NCBI GenBank assembly: GCA_965208575.1
Contig: CBDBOV010000005.1
Location: 224,001 to 288,000 of the forward strand
Direction of reading: 5' to 3'
Source: Spirochaetia bacterium
GTDB taxonomy: Bacteria > Spirochaetota > Spirochaetia > SZUA-6 > Bin103
Length of the DNA: 64,000 nucleotides
Part shown: piece after piece, positions 39,606 through 50,519 of the stretch
Numbering within the stretch: position 1 is the first letter of the stretch
Layout of the letters: each line of letters starts with the position of its first letter
The notes under the pieces: generated by a model
Told to the model about the DNA's origin: nothing
Seen by the model: only the letters and a program-made list of their open reading frames with translations
The model's database searches: none
Translations under genes and position numbers: made by a program

Positions 39606-40117
39606 TTCACCGCCACTGCGAGGTGCCGCCGGACCTGCCGGTCGAGGAGTTGCCGGCGGTCGCGATCGCGGACCTCCTGGAGCGCGGCGACCTGCAGGAC
39701 TGGCAGCCGCTGGCCGGAGCCATCCGTCGCGACCCCTGGGGCGGTCTGGCCACCTCGGTGGCGCGCCTTCTCGACGCCTACCCGCGGTACGGCACCTCCC
39801 CGCTGTGGCGCGCCTGGATCGACCGCTGCCGGGCACGCACTCCGAAAGCCTCGCGGGCTGCGCAGGAGGCATCCGACGCTCAGCCGGTCTCTCTCGCCGC
39901 GCTCCGACGCGACCTTGGTCTCACCCAGGCGCAAGTCGCCCGCCGCCTGGGGATGACCCAGTCGGACGTCTCCAAGCTGGAACGGCGGGAGGACGCGCGC
40001 CTGTCCACCCTCCTGGCGTACGCCCGTGCCCTCGGGGGCCGTCTGCTCGTCACGTTCGACGACGGCGAGACGATGCGCGAGATCCGCCTCACGCCGCGAC
40101 CGGAAGAGAAGCGCTAA
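39602..40117 (+). CDS. XRE-family HTH protein with N-terminal extension (putative antitoxin)
   Basis: LRRDLGLTQAQVARRLGMTQSDVSKLERREDARLSTL..Y..ALGG; GTGA overlap with the upstream gene. Confidence 0.8.
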   Translation: MIHRHCEVPPDLPVEELPAVAIADLLERGDLQDWQPLAGAIRRDPWGGLATSVARLLDAYPRYGTSPLWRAWIDRCRARTPKASRAAQEASDAQPVSLAALRRDLGLTQAQVARRLGMTQSDVSKLERREDARLSTLLAYARALGGRLLVTFDDGETMREIRLTPRPEEKR

Positions 40118-40175
40118 CACCAGTACAAGCCATTCGGGGATGAGGGCTCGGAGGCGCGGAGATCCTGCCTTCGGG

Positions 40176-41281
40176 TCATGGTGTCCAGACGTGGCCGCGG
40201 CGACGGACTTCGTGCCAGTTGAGGGTGGCGCCGAGGCCGGCACCGGGCGGCAGGTGGAGGCGGCCTTGCTCGATTCGTTCGGCGGGGGTGAGCAGGACGG
40301 CGCGCCAGTCGGCTTCGTCGACGGCGTGTTCCAGGGAGAGCGCGCCCGGCACGGCGGCGGTGGCGTGGGCGCTCGCCAGCAGGGAGACCGGGCCCGACGG
40401 GCTGTGCAGGGAGAACCCGCCGCCGCCACTCCGCCGCAGTGCTTGATGTCCGGCATGATGATGGACACGGCGCCGGTGTCGAGCAGGCGGTCGAAGAAGG
40501 CAGCGCCGTAGCCGGACTCGCCGCCGGCCACCGGCAGCGTCACTTGCGATGCGATCGCCGCCAAGTCGGCTGCCGCGGTACGTGGCTGGACCGGCTCCTC
40601 GAACCAGCCGACGCCGAGCTGCGCCAGTTCGGCGGCGACCGCCGGCGCCGTCTCGGCCGTGAAGCGACTGTGGCAGTCGACCAGCAGGCGGCCCGCGGGG
40701 CCGATCGCATCGCGCGCCGCCCGCACCCGTGCCAACCCGGCGGCGGCCGCGGCCATGATGCGGTCCGGCGGGGATGTGACGGCAACCTCGTCGAACGGGG
40801 CGCACTTGAAGGAGCGGAATCCGGCACGCGCGGCCCGCTCAGCGGCGCGAGCGAAATCCGCCGGCGTTCGGTCGGTGGCGTGCAGGGCGCGGTTGATGTT
40901 GGCATACAGTTCCACGCTCTCGGTCGCATCGGCGCCCAGTGATCGATGCAGGGTCACGCCTGCCCGGGCTGCGTCGAGCTGCGCCACGGCCGTGCGCAGC
41001 GCGCTGACCGCGGTCGCCAGCACCACGTCGCGCCGCAAACGCTCGGGCGGCAGGCCTAGCAGCCGCTCGGCGACCTGCAACTCGCCAGCGGGCTCACGAT
41101 CCCGCAGCATCGCCACCAGCTCGGCGAGCACTTCGACAACCGCCATCGAGCGGTCTCCGAGCGTGATCTCGACCGCCGTGACGGCCCCCTCGCCATCGGC
41201 GAACTCCGCGAATACCCAGGTGGTGCGGGGGGTAGCGGTGACCGCCGCGAACCGACCGACGTACAGCCGGGCGCCGGTCAC
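40176..41281 (-). pseudogene. Mandelate racemase / galactonate dehydratase-like enolase, frameshifted by a short deletion near 40420
   Basis: LYANINR, FKCAPFD, VDCH, WFEEP, AGGE, MPDIKHCGG; then SLHSPSGP..GAGLG in another frame. Confidence 0.8.
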
Positions 41282-41489
41282 ACTACTCCTCGGCCGACGC
41301 CCGGTTGGCATACCATGAATTCCACCGCTCCGGTCGCTTCCTCCCGTTGCGCCCGTTGCGCCGGGTGCGAACGCCGAAAGCGGCAGCAATTATCGACCTA
41401 CCGAAATGATCGCTTGCTGCTTTTCGCGTTCGCACCGGTTGTGCCCGGCGGCTTGACACCGGTGATACCATAACAGATACCGTTGTACC

Positions 41490-41759
41490 ATGAGAATTAC
41501 CATTGATCGTGCCGGGCGGGTCGTGGTCCCGAAGCAGTTGCGGGACCGGTTCAATCTCGTGGCCGGAACGGAACTGGAGATCGAAGCTGTCGGCGACGGG
41601 TTGCAGCTTCGCAAGGTCGTGAGCGAACCGACGTTGATACGGAAAAAGGGATTCCTGGTTCATCACGGCACGAGTCCTTCCGGAATCGACATCGGTGAAT
41701 TCATCCGCGCCGAACGCGAGGCGCGCATTCGCCACATTGCCTCGGCGGGAACCGACTGA
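41490..41759 (+). CDS. AbrB/MazE family antitoxin
   Basis: ITIDRAGRVVVPKQLRDRFNL..G.ELEI. Confidence 0.9.
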   Translation: MRITIDRAGRVVVPKQLRDRFNLVAGTELEIEAVGDGLQLRKVVSEPTLIRKKGFLVHHGTSPSGIDIGEFIRAEREARIRHIASAGTD

Positions 41760-42190
41760 TGCGCACGCTGTTCGATACGTCGGTCCTGGTTCCCGCGGTC
41801 ACTGACCAGCTTGGCAACCATGAGGCGGCACTCGACGCACTGTCTCGCTACACGCAGGGAGAACATGAGGGATACTGTTCCGCCCATGCGCTGGCAGAGT
41901 GCTTTGCTACGCTGACCGCCTTGCCGCTGCGCACGCGAATCGTGCCGGAAGAGGCACGAATGCTGGTGGAGGAGGACATGGCGGAGAAGCTGGCGGTCGT
42001 GGCGCTTGCCGCCGACGACTACCGGAGTGTGATTCGCAGCGTCGCCGACCTGGGGCTGGCGAGCGGCTCGATCTACGATGCACTGCACATGTACTGCGCA
42101 CGCAAGGTCGGCGCCGATCAGGTTCTGACCTACAACGTGCGGCACTTCGAACGCTTCCAACTGCCCGGTGTTATGGTGACGACCCCGTAG
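41759..42190 (+). CDS. vapC: PIN-domain toxin
   Basis: FDTSVLV, SAHALAE, IYDALH, LTYNVRHF. Confidence 0.9.
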   Translation: MRTLFDTSVLVPAVTDQLGNHEAALDALSRYTQGEHEGYCSAHALAECFATLTALPLRTRIVPEEARMLVEEDMAEKLAVVALAADDYRSVIRSVADLGLASGSIYDALHMYCARKVGADQVLTYNVRHFERFQLPGVMVTTP

Positions 42191-42198
42191 GCGGCGCC

Positions 42199-43653
42199 GT
42201 GATCATCAAGAGTAACCCGGGGCACGTCGATAGCGAGCGGATCGTGCTGTTTCCGTTTGATGACCATGGGCTGCCGTTCCGCCACGGGGTGCGGCTGCAC
42301 CTGGTGGGCTTCAAGACGCCGGTGGACCGCACGCGCATCGTGGTGCCGCTCGGGCCGCCCGGCGCGCCGGACAGCAAGCGAGTCATCTACTACGGCACCG
42401 TGCTGCGGGTGGGCGGCGAGTTGTGGATGTGGTACCTGGGGCAGGGCGACGACGACCGGTGGCACCAGCGGGTGTGCCTGGCGACGAGCCGCGACGGATA
42501 CCACTGGGAGAAACCGGACCTGGGGCTGGTGGAATACCAGGGCTCCCGGCACAACAACCTGGTGGACATGCTCGGCGGCGCGCACTCGATCGTGGCCTGC
42601 GTGGTGTACCACGACCCCGACGATCCCGACCCGGAGCGGCGCTTCAAGGCGGTGATCGAAACCAAGGACCGGCCGCGGCTGTTCGGGGTGCTGTTCTCGG
42701 CTGACGGGCTGCGCTGGCGCGAATTCGACGTCGGGCCCGAGGCGCCGCAGTGCGAGCCCGCCGGCGGCATCAAGTTCAACGGCTGCTATCTGCTGAGCGC
42801 GCACGGCGGCAGCCACTTCGGGGCGCCGCGCCAGTTGGTGACCTACCTGTCGTACGACTTCGAGCACTGGATCGAGGCGTCGTGCCTGGGGCTGCGGCGC
42901 GACGACATTCCGCCGCGGCCCTACCGGGAGACGTTCGCCGGCGGCGAGCAGGTGCACCTGGGCGCGGCGCTGTGGAACCGGGGCAACGTGATCATCGGGC
43001 TGTACGGGCAGTGGCACGGCCCCGCCAACAACGACCGCCGCCACGTGGAGATGGACCTGGGGCTGGTGGTGAGCAACGACGGCCTGCACTACACCGAGCC
43101 GATTCCCGATTTCCCGATGGTGGCCGCCGCCGAGGACGGCATGAACCACCTGCCGCAGCCGTGGAACTTCAAGCACGCCGCCCTGGCCCAGGGGCAGGGG
43201 TTCGAGAACATCGGCGACGAGACCCTGTTCTGGTACGCGCCGTGGCCGGAGCAGTTGAGCGACGGCGTGCGCGTCGCCACCTGGCAGCGGGACCGCCTCG
43301 GCTACCTGCAACCGTTCGATCAGCGCCAACTGCGCGTCCCCAACGGCTGCCACGTGATCTCCGCGCCGATCGACCTCGGCGGCAGGCCCGCGCGGGTGTT
43401 TCTGAACGTGGACGGGCTGTCCGAGTACGCGCAGGTCACCGTGGAGGTGCTGGACGAGCGCTTCCGCCCGGTGACCGGGTACTCGGCCGGCGAGTGCATG
43501 CCGCTGGAGTCGGGGCTCAGGCAACCGGTCGCCTGGCGCAACCGGCAACTGCTGGACGCAGCGGGCGGAGCCGTGCGTCTGCGGCTCAACTACACGGGAA
43601 TCCGCCCCGAGGATCCGCGGCTCTACGCGGTCTACGTCGACCCCGCCGGCTGA
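42199..43653 (+). CDS. Hypothetical protein, probable beta-propeller glycoside hydrolase-like fold (GH32/43-like)
   Basis: Asp-box-like repeats ATSRDGYHWEKP, FSADGLRW, VSNDGLHY; C-terminal beta-sandwich pattern. Confidence 0.65.
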   Translation: MIIKSNPGHVDSERIVLFPFDDHGLPFRHGVRLHLVGFKTPVDRTRIVVPLGPPGAPDSKRVIYYGTVLRVGGELWMWYLGQGDDDRWHQRVCLATSRDGYHWEKPDLGLVEYQGSRHNNLVDMLGGAHSIVACVVYHDPDDPDPERRFKAVIETKDRPRLFGVLFSADGLRWREFDVGPEAPQCEPAGGIKFNGCYLLSAHGGSHFGAPRQLVTYLSYDFEHWIEASCLGLRRDDIPPRPYRETFAGGEQVHLGAALWNRGNVIIGLYGQWHGPANNDRRHVEMDLGLVVSNDGLHYTEPIPDFPMVAAAEDGMNHLPQPWNFKHAALAQGQGFENIGDETLFWYAPWPEQLSDGVRVATWQRDRLGYLQPFDQRQLRVPNGCHVISAPIDLGGRPARVFLNVDGLSEYAQVTVEVLDERFRPVTGYSAGECMPLESGLRQPVAWRNRQLLDAAGGAVRLRLNYTGIRPEDPRLYAVYVDPAG

Positions 43654-43707
43654 CCGCCCGCTTCTGATGCTTGCTCACCCGCCGGCAATGCGGATAGCGT
43701 GCGGCGC

Positions 43708-44694
43708 ATGAAATTCGTGCTCGTCAACCAGGCCATGGCCGAGGGAATGGATGAGGTGTTCGGCCCGCGCGACGACATCGAAGTTCGCGTGGTCGAGGAA
43801 CAGACCGAGAGCGCGCTGCTGCGCCACCTGCCCGGCGTGCACGGACTGGTGCTGGGGCTGGCGCCGATGACCGAGCGCGTAATCGAGATCGCGCGCGGCA
43901 CCCTGCAGGTGGTGGCGCGCCGGGGGGTGGGATACGACAACGTGGACGTGGCGGCGCTGACCCGCGCCGGTATTCCGTTGACCGTGGTGGGCACCGCCAA
44001 CTCGGTGTCGGTGGCCGAGCATGCCCTGCACCTGATGCTGGCGCTCGCCAAGCAGAGCCACGTGCAGGACGCGCGCCTGCGCACGGCGACCTGGAACGAC
44101 GCGCGGCTGGTGCGTCCGGTGGATCTCGCCGGGCGCCGCGTGCTGGTGCTGGGCCTCGGCCGCATCGGCCGGCTGCTGGTGGCGCGGCTGCTGGCGATGG
44201 AGATGGAGGTGCTGGTGCACGACCCGTTCGTGGCCGACGCCGAGATCGAGGCCACCGGCGCCACCGCGGCCGCCGACTGGCGTGCGGCGCTGCCGGAGAT
44301 CGACTTCCTGACCGTGAACTGCCCCAAGACCTCCGAGACCACGGGCATGGTGGGCGCCGCCGAGTTGGCGGCGATGAAGGCCACCGCGTTCGTGGTCAAC
44401 ACCGCGCGCGGCGGCATAATCGACGAGCCGGCCCTGTACGCGGCGCTGCGCGAGCACGCCATCGGCGGTGCCGGCATTGACGCGTTCGACCAGGAACCGG
44501 CGCCGTCCGACCACCCGCTGTTCGAGCTGGACAACGCCATCTGCACCCCGCACGTGGCCGGCTTGACCACCGAGGCGGTCTACCGGATGAACGTGCGCGC
44601 CGCCCGCAACGTGGTCGACGCCTGCGACGGCGTGCTCGACCCCGAGTACGTCGTCAACCGCGAAGTCCTCGGCACCAGACGAAGAAGCAACTGA
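43708..44694 (+). CDS. D-2-hydroxyacid dehydrogenase (SerA-like catalytic core)
   Basis: GVGYDNVD, GLGRIG, NTARGG, DAFDQEP, TPHVAG. Confidence 0.9.
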   Translation: MKFVLVNQAMAEGMDEVFGPRDDIEVRVVEEQTESALLRHLPGVHGLVLGLAPMTERVIEIARGTLQVVARRGVGYDNVDVAALTRAGIPLTVVGTANSVSVAEHALHLMLALAKQSHVQDARLRTATWNDARLVRPVDLAGRRVLVLGLGRIGRLLVARLLAMEMEVLVHDPFVADAEIEATGATAAADWRAALPEIDFLTVNCPKTSETTGMVGAAELAAMKATAFVVNTARGGIIDEPALYAALREHAIGGAGIDAFDQEPAPSDHPLFELDNAICTPHVAGLTTEAVYRMNVRAARNVVDACDGVLDPEYVVNREVLGTRRRSN

Positions 44695-44771
44695 CCCTAC
44701 GCTGCCCACGGGCTGGGTGCTTCGGCGGTTCACGCATTGACCCTATCAGGACTATGGTACATGATCCACGT

Positions 44772-44996
44772 ATGACGGTTTCCAAGTCACAGTTCAAACC
44801 GCGCGCGTTCGAGTACTTCCGGCTGGTCCAGGAGCAGCGGGAGACCATCGTGGTCACCGATCGCGGTACGCCGGTGCTCAAGATCGTCCCCTTCGATGAG
44901 GAGGATGACCCGGATCTGGCAGCCTTGCGCGGTACGCTGGTGAGGTATGACGATCCGCTCGAGCCGGTGGGCGAGGACTGGGAAGCCGCCGAGTGA
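44772..44996 (+). CDS. Phd/YefM family antitoxin
   Basis: VSKSQFK..FEYFR.V..IVVTDRGTPVLKIVP. Confidence 0.88.
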   Translation: MTVSKSQFKPRAFEYFRLVQEQRETIVVTDRGTPVLKIVPFDEEDDPDLAALRGTLVRYDDPLEPVGEDWEAAE

Positions 44997-45385
44997 CGCT
45001 GCTGGATACCCATTCCTGGATCTGGCATCTCACCGCGCCCCAGGAACTCTCGGCTACCGCGCAAACGGCAATTGAGCGGGCACGGCGAGAGCGCACGGCG
45101 CTCGTGTCCGCGATCAGCGTGTGGGAGCTTTTCTTGCTGGTGAAGAAGGGGCGGTTGGCACTGACCATCACTCCCGATGCCCTGCTCCGCCGTGCCGAGC
45201 GGCTGTCGTATCTTCAGTTTGTGGCCGTGGATCACCACATGGCGCGGCGATCCGTCGTGCTGCCCGACGTTCACGCCGACCCCGCCGACCGGTTCATCGT
45301 GGCCACGGCACAGGAACTCGGTTGCACGCTGATCAGCAAGGATCGCCGCCTACGCTGCTACCCCGACATCGAAGTGATCTGGTAA
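44993..45385 (+). CDS. vapC: PIN-domain toxin
   Basis: LLDTHSWIW, SAISVWE, HADPADRFIVATA. Confidence 0.92.
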   Translation: MTLLDTHSWIWHLTAPQELSATAQTAIERARRERTALVSAISVWELFLLVKKGRLALTITPDALLRRAERLSYLQFVAVDHHMARRSVVLPDVHADPADRFIVATAQELGCTLISKDRRLRCYPDIEVIW

Positions 45386-45498
45386 CCCCAGGTTGCGCCG
45401 CAAACGGCGCGCGTGATAGCTTCCCCGGCGATGTCGGCGGCGGACGACCGCGAACGAGTGGCGGCCGGCGGCGGCATACACGAACAGGAGGAACAGGA

Positions 45499-47178
45499 GT
45501 GAATCGAGTCAGGACCAGTTTGATGTGGGCAGCCGCGGTGCTGATGGCGGCGGCGCCGCCGGCGCTGGCGGGCGGTGAGGAGGAGGCGTCGGGCACCGGC
45601 GCGGCCACCATTCCCGCCGGCTACTTCGGCACCTACGAGCCGGCCATCGACATGGAGTGGATCAAGAGCACGTGGCAGTCCGCGCGCGAGCGGGTCAACA
45701 ACGATCTCGAACCGGCCACCGGGGAGACCTTCGAGGACAACCGCTGGACGCGGGCGATGCGCGACGAGTTGGGCATCAATGTGACCTACAAGTGGGTCGT
45801 GGACGGCGCGCAGGCGCAGGAGAAGCTGAAACTGGCCATGGCCTCGGGCGACCTGCCCGACGTGATCACCCTCGAGGGCGGCCAGCGCCTGGTGGACTTC
45901 CAGCAGCTTGCCGAGGCGGATCTGCTCGCCGACATGACCGACGTATGGGAGCAGTACGCCTCGCCGCTGGCCAAGGAGGTGGTCGGCGCCGACGGGCAGG
46001 TCATATACAACGCCGTCAGCCACGGCGGGCGCTTGAAGGGCATTCCCGGCCCGTCGGCGGGCCTGGATACCTACAGCTACTTCTGGGTGCGCCAGGACTG
46101 GCTCGACAACCTCGGACTGGAGCCGCCGCGCACCACCGAGGACCTGCTGGAGATGACGCGCGCCTTCACCCACGACGACCCGGACGGCAACGGCGAGGAC
46201 GATACTTTCGCCATGATGCTGGACAAGGGCCTGTGGTACCGGTCGGAGGGCTTTTTCTGGTCGTTCGGCGCCTACCCCGACGCCTGGCTGCAGGCCCCCG
46301 GCGGCGGCCTGATGTTCGGCGCCATTCAGCCGGAGGTGAAGGACGCGCTGGCCGCGCTGCGCCACATGCACGCCGACGGCCAGCTCGATCCGGAGTGGGC
46401 GGTGAAGGACCAATCCAAGGCCGGCGAGGCGTTCGCCCGCAACGCCGTGGGCATCTCCTACGGCGGCCACTGGATCTCCTACGACTTCCTGCCCGGCTGG
46501 GAGAACGACAACAGCATCGACTGGAGCGTGTACCCGCAGCCCGGCGTGGACGGCATGACCCCGAGGGGTGAGCTGGAGTTGGGCATGGCGCGTATCTACG
46601 CGGTGAACAAGGACTACCCGCACCCCGAGGCGGTGGTGAAGGCGTACAACCTGTACTGGGAAAAACTGTACGGCGAGACCGGCGACTACGAGTACTGGGG
46701 CAACGACGAGATCATGGACGGCATCTGGTGGATCGGGCCGTTCGCCGCCTTCCACCCGTGGGTCAACATCCCGCCATACTACGACATCCAGGCGGTGTAC
46801 GCGGGCGAGAAGGACCCGGCCGAGCTCACCGGCGTATCGCTGGACTACTACAACAACACCGAGAACAACCCCCACCCCGCCCAGCAGTGGGCATGGCAGG
46901 AGATGTTCACCGATCCGGCGACCTCGCCGTTCGGCCACATCACCCGCCGGGTCGACGAGGGCAGCCTGTTCGTGGACAACTTCGTGGCCGCGCCGACGCC
47001 TACCATGGTGGACCGGTGGGGCACCCTGGAGGAGTTGAAGATCACCACCTTCACCCGCATCATCGTCGGCGACCTGGACCTGGACAGCGGGTTCGCGGAG
47101 TTCGTCGAGGACTGGAAGAAGCTGGGCGGCGACCAGATCACCGAAGAGGTGAGCGACTGGTACCGAGCCAACCAGTAG
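45499..47178 (+). CDS. Sugar ABC extracellular solute-binding protein (LplA-like)
   Basis: Signal peptide, ASGDLPD, VRQDWLDNLGL, DPDGNG..DT, WKKLGGDQI..EV. Confidence 0.9.
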   Translation: MNRVRTSLMWAAAVLMAAAPPALAGGEEEASGTGAATIPAGYFGTYEPAIDMEWIKSTWQSARERVNNDLEPATGETFEDNRWTRAMRDELGINVTYKWVVDGAQAQEKLKLAMASGDLPDVITLEGGQRLVDFQQLAEADLLADMTDVWEQYASPLAKEVVGADGQVIYNAVSHGGRLKGIPGPSAGLDTYSYFWVRQDWLDNLGLEPPRTTEDLLEMTRAFTHDDPDGNGEDDTFAMMLDKGLWYRSEGFFWSFGAYPDAWLQAPGGGLMFGAIQPEVKDALAALRHMHADGQLDPEWAVKDQSKAGEAFARNAVGISYGGHWISYDFLPGWENDNSIDWSVYPQPGVDGMTPRGELELGMARIYAVNKDYPHPEAVVKAYNLYWEKLYGETGDYEYWGNDEIMDGIWWIGPFAAFHPWVNIPPYYDIQAVYAGEKDPAELTGVSLDYYNNTENNPHPAQQWAWQEMFTDPATSPFGHITRRVDEGSLFVDNFVAAPTPTMVDRWGTLEELKITTFTRIIVGDLDLDSGFAEFVEDWKKLGGDQITEEVSDWYRANQ

Positions 47179-47281
47179 GGCGTTGTAACGACAGACGGAT
47201 CGCCGCCGCGGGCCGGCCGGCAGCCTGACCGGCCCGGTGGCCTGACCGGCCCGGCGGCGCATCCGCAAGACCCTCTCCGCA

Positions 47282-48181
47282 GTGGCCTCCAAGCGCACCA
47301 ACACGTTCGCCTATCACCTCATGCTGCTGCCGGGGGTGCTGCTGGTGCTGGTGTTTTCCTACGTTCCGATCTACGGCATCGTGATCGCCTTCCAGCGCTT
47401 CATCCCCGCGCGCGGCATGTTCGGGGGGCAGACCTGGGTGGGGCTGGGCAACTTCGAATACCTGCTGGCGCTGCCGACCGTGTGGCAGGTGTTCGCCAAC
47501 ACCCTGATCATCGCCATCCTCAAGATCGCCGGCGGCACCGTGCTGCCGATCATGGTGTCGCTGCTGCTCAACGAGGTGCGCAGCAACCTGTTCCGGCGCA
47601 GCGTGCAGACCATCATCTACTTCCCCTACTTCATCTCCTGGATCGTGTTCGGCGGCATCATGGTGGACCTGCTGTCGCCCAACGGCGGCATCGTGAACCA
47701 GGTGGTCGCGGCGCTCGGCTTCGAGCCGATCTACTTCCTGGGTGACGTGGAGCGGTTCCGCGGCACCCTGGTGGTCACCGACGTGTGGAAGACGTTCGGC
47801 TTCATCACCGTGATCTACCTGGCCGCCATCACCTCGATCGACCCGACCCTGTACGAGGTGGCGTCGATCGACGGCGCCGGGCGCTGGCAGAAGGCGTGGC
47901 ACATCACCATTCCCGGCATGAGCATGGTGATCGTACTGCTGATGGTGCTCAACCTGGGCAACATCCTCAACGCCGGCTTCGAGCAGGTGTTCGTGCTGTA
48001 CAGCCCGCTGGTGTACGAGACCGGCGACATCATCGATACCCTGGTCTACCGGCTCGGCCTGCTGCAGGCGCAGTTCGGGGTGGCCACCGCGGTGGGGCTG
48101 CTCAAGGGCGTGATCTCGTTCGGCCTGATCTCCGCCTCCTACTACATCGCCTACCGGTTCTTCTCCTACCGGCTGTTCTGA
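47282..48181 (+). CDS. Sugar ABC permease (LplB-like)
   Basis: WVGLGNF, PYFISW, LYEVASIDGAGRW, IIDTLVY. Confidence 0.92.
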   Translation: MASKRTNTFAYHLMLLPGVLLVLVFSYVPIYGIVIAFQRFIPARGMFGGQTWVGLGNFEYLLALPTVWQVFANTLIIAILKIAGGTVLPIMVSLLLNEVRSNLFRRSVQTIIYFPYFISWIVFGGIMVDLLSPNGGIVNQVVAALGFEPIYFLGDVERFRGTLVVTDVWKTFGFITVIYLAAITSIDPTLYEVASIDGAGRWQKAWHITIPGMSMVIVLLMVLNLGNILNAGFEQVFVLYSPLVYETGDIIDTLVYRLGLLQAQFGVATAVGLLKGVISFGLISASYYIAYRFFSYRLF

Positions 48182-49092
48182 TGCCTGTGGTCGCCCGCAC
48201 CCTGGCCATGCGGCCGCGCCGCCCGCGGCTGTCGGTATTCTCGGTGATCAACGGCGTCGTGCTGTCGCTGGTCGCCGCCACCTGCCTGTTTCCGATGATC
48301 CACATGGTGGCGGTGTCGTTCTCGACGCGCGCCCTGGTGCTGGCTGGCGAGGTGGTGTTCTGGCCGCGCGGCTTCAACACCGCCTCCTACACCTGGGTGC
48401 TGCTGCAGGGCGGGTTCTGGACCTCGCTGTGGGTGTCGGCGCAGCGCATGGTGGCGGGGATCGCCATCAACGTGGTGCTGGTGCTGCTGCTGGCGTTCCC
48501 GCTGTCCAAGGAGAAGCACGAGTTCCGCGCCCGCGCCCTGTACGTGTGGTTTTTCTTCTTCACCATGCTGTTCGAGGGCGGACTGATCCCGCTGTACATG
48601 ACGGTTGCCACGCTGGGCCTGCTGGACACCATCTGGGCGCTGGTGCTGCCGCGCGGCGTGCAGGTGTTCCTGGTGCTGCTGATGCTCAACTTCTTCCGCC
48701 AGGTGCCGGGCGAGCTGCAGGACGCGGCGGAGATCGACGGCGCCGGCAAGTGGCGCATCCTGTGGCAGGTGTACGTGCCGGTGTCGCTGCCGGCGATCGC
48801 CACCATCACCCTGTTCTCCGGCGTGTTCCACTGGAATTCCTGGTTCGACGGGCTGATCTACGCCAACCACCCGGACCGCTACCCGGTGCAGACCTACCTG
48901 CAGATCCTGCTGCGCGGCGACATCCTGTCGCAGGCCACCTCGCTGAGCGAGATCTCGGAGATCTTCCACCTCTCCAACCGCACCGTGCGGTCGGCGTACA
49001 TCGTGATCGGCATCGTCCCGATCCTGGCCCTGTACCCATTCCTGCAGCGCTACTTCATCAAGGGCATCGTGATCGGCAGCGTCAAGGGATAA
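48181..49092 (+). CDS. Sugar ABC permease (LplC-like)
   Basis: GGLIPLY, DAAEIDGA, HWNSWF, YPFLQRYFIKGIVIGSVKG. Confidence 0.92.
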   Translation: MPVVARTLAMRPRRPRLSVFSVINGVVLSLVAATCLFPMIHMVAVSFSTRALVLAGEVVFWPRGFNTASYTWVLLQGGFWTSLWVSAQRMVAGIAINVVLVLLLAFPLSKEKHEFRARALYVWFFFFTMLFEGGLIPLYMTVATLGLLDTIWALVLPRGVQVFLVLLMLNFFRQVPGELQDAAEIDGAGKWRILWQVYVPVSLPAIATITLFSGVFHWNSWFDGLIYANHPDRYPVQTYLQILLRGDILSQATSLSEISEIFHLSNRTVRSAYIVIGIVPILALYPFLQRYFIKGIVIGSVKG

Positions 49093-49107
49093 CCCGCACG
49101 CCGGGGA

Positions 49108-49130
49108 TTATTGATACTAAGTTATCGTTA
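49108..49130 (+). promoter_or_regulatory. Putative Fur-family (Zur) operator
   Basis: AT-rich imperfect palindrome TTATTGATACTAAGTTATCGTTA upstream of a COG0523 gene. Confidence 0.5.
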
Positions 49131-49304
49131 GACATATACTTCGGGCGTGGCTGTGAGCCGGATTTCCGGTGCCAACCTGAGCAAGGGGCAGGAACTGCTG
49201 CACCGGCAGTGCTGGAACTGGGCCGCGACATCGAGCGCCGGGACGGCAACCTCCTGCTCGAGGCGGGCTTCCTCTCTCATTCCTGAACCCGTGGAGAAAT
49301 CGAA

Positions 49305-50519
49305 TTGAACGACCGACGCCTTCCCGTAACCGTGCTCTCCGGCTTCCTCGGAGCCGGCAAGACGACCTTGCTCAACCACGCGCTGCACAACCGCGAAGGC
49401 CGCCGCGTCGCGGTGATCGTCAACGACATGAGCGAGGTCAACGTCGACGCCGGGCTCGTACGCAGCGGCGGCGCCGAGCTCAACCGCGTCGACGAGCGGC
49501 TGATCGAGATGTCCAACGGCTGCATCTGCTGCACGTTGCGTGAAGACCTGCTCGACGAGGTCGCCCGCCTGGCGCGGGAACGCCGCTTCGACTACCTGCT
49601 GATCGAATCGACCGGTATCTCCGAGCCGCTCCCCGTCGCGGCCACCTTCGCCCTGTCGGACGAGCTTGGCGTCCAACTGGGCGAACTGGCGCGGTTGGAC
49701 ACGATGGTCACCGTCGTCGACGGCCCGCGCTTTCTGCGCGACTTCGGCTCCGGAGAAGACCTGCTCGATCGCGGGCTGGGGGTGGACGGCGACGACGACC
49801 GCGCCATCGCCGAGCTCCTCGTCGACCAGGTCGAGATCGCCAACGTTCTCGTGCTCAACAAGACCGACAAGATGAGCGGGCAAGAAGTCGCACGGTTGAC
49901 CGGGATTCTGCGCAAGCTCAACCAAACGGCCACGTTGGCCGAGGCGACCTACGGACAGATTCCGCTCGGCCTGATTTTCGATACGGGCCTGTTCGATTTC
50001 GAACGCGTCGAGCAAACGGCGGGTTGGCTGCAGGAGCTGCAGGGCGGCCACACGCCCGAAACCGAGGAGTACGGCATCGGCAGCTTCGTCTATCGGAGAC
50101 GCCGGCCCTTCCATCCGGCGCGGCTGGCGGCGGCCTTTGACGGTTACTTCGAGGGCGTGCTGCGCGCGAAGGGCGTGGTCTGGCTGGCCACCCGTCACGA
50201 CGTGGCCGGCGCGCTCTCGATCGCCGGAGACTCGCTGACCCTGGAGCCCGGCGGCCCCTGGTTCGCCGCGATGGACCCGGAAGAACTCGCCGACGACCCG
50301 GAGACCCGCGAGTGGGCCGGCCAGGTGTGGGAGTCCGAGTACGGCGACCGCCGTCAGGAGGTCGTCTTCATCGGAATCGAGATGCCGCGGGCAGCCATCG
50401 AGGCCGCGCTCGACGGCTGCCTGCTGACCGACGCCGAGATCGCCTCGGGCGCTTCCGAGTGGGCTTCGCTGGACGACCCGCTGCCGGCGTGGATGGCGCC
50501 GGAAGAGGACCAACCGTAG
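49305..50519 (+). CDS. COG0523 (CobW/ZigA/YciC-type) G3E GTPase metallochaperone
   Basis: [49 protein letters not shown]. Confidence 0.93.
   Translation: MNDRRLPVTVLSGFLGAGKTTLLNHALHNREGRRVAVIVNDMSEVNVDAGLVRSGGAELNRVDERLIEMSNGCICCTLREDLLDEVARLARERRFDYLLIESTGISEPLPVAATFALSDELGVQLGELARLDTMVTVVDGPRFLRDFGSGEDLLDRGLGVDGDDDRAIAELLVDQVEIANVLVLNKTDKMSGQEVARLTGILRKLNQTATLAEATYGQIPLGLIFDTGLFDFERVEQTAGWLQELQGGHTPETEEYGIGSFVYRRRRPFHPARLAAAFDGYFEGVLRAKGVVWLATRHDVAGALSIAGDSLTLEPGGPWFAAMDPEELADDPETREWAGQVWESEYGDRRQEVVFIGIEMPRAAIEAALDGCLLTDAEIASGASEWASLDDPLPAWMAPEEDQP

Noticed and set aside
9572-45385. Integron cassette array explaining the TA modules
   Set aside because: No tyrosine integrase and no repeated attC-like sites recognised by eye; the TA loci are separated by ordinary operons.
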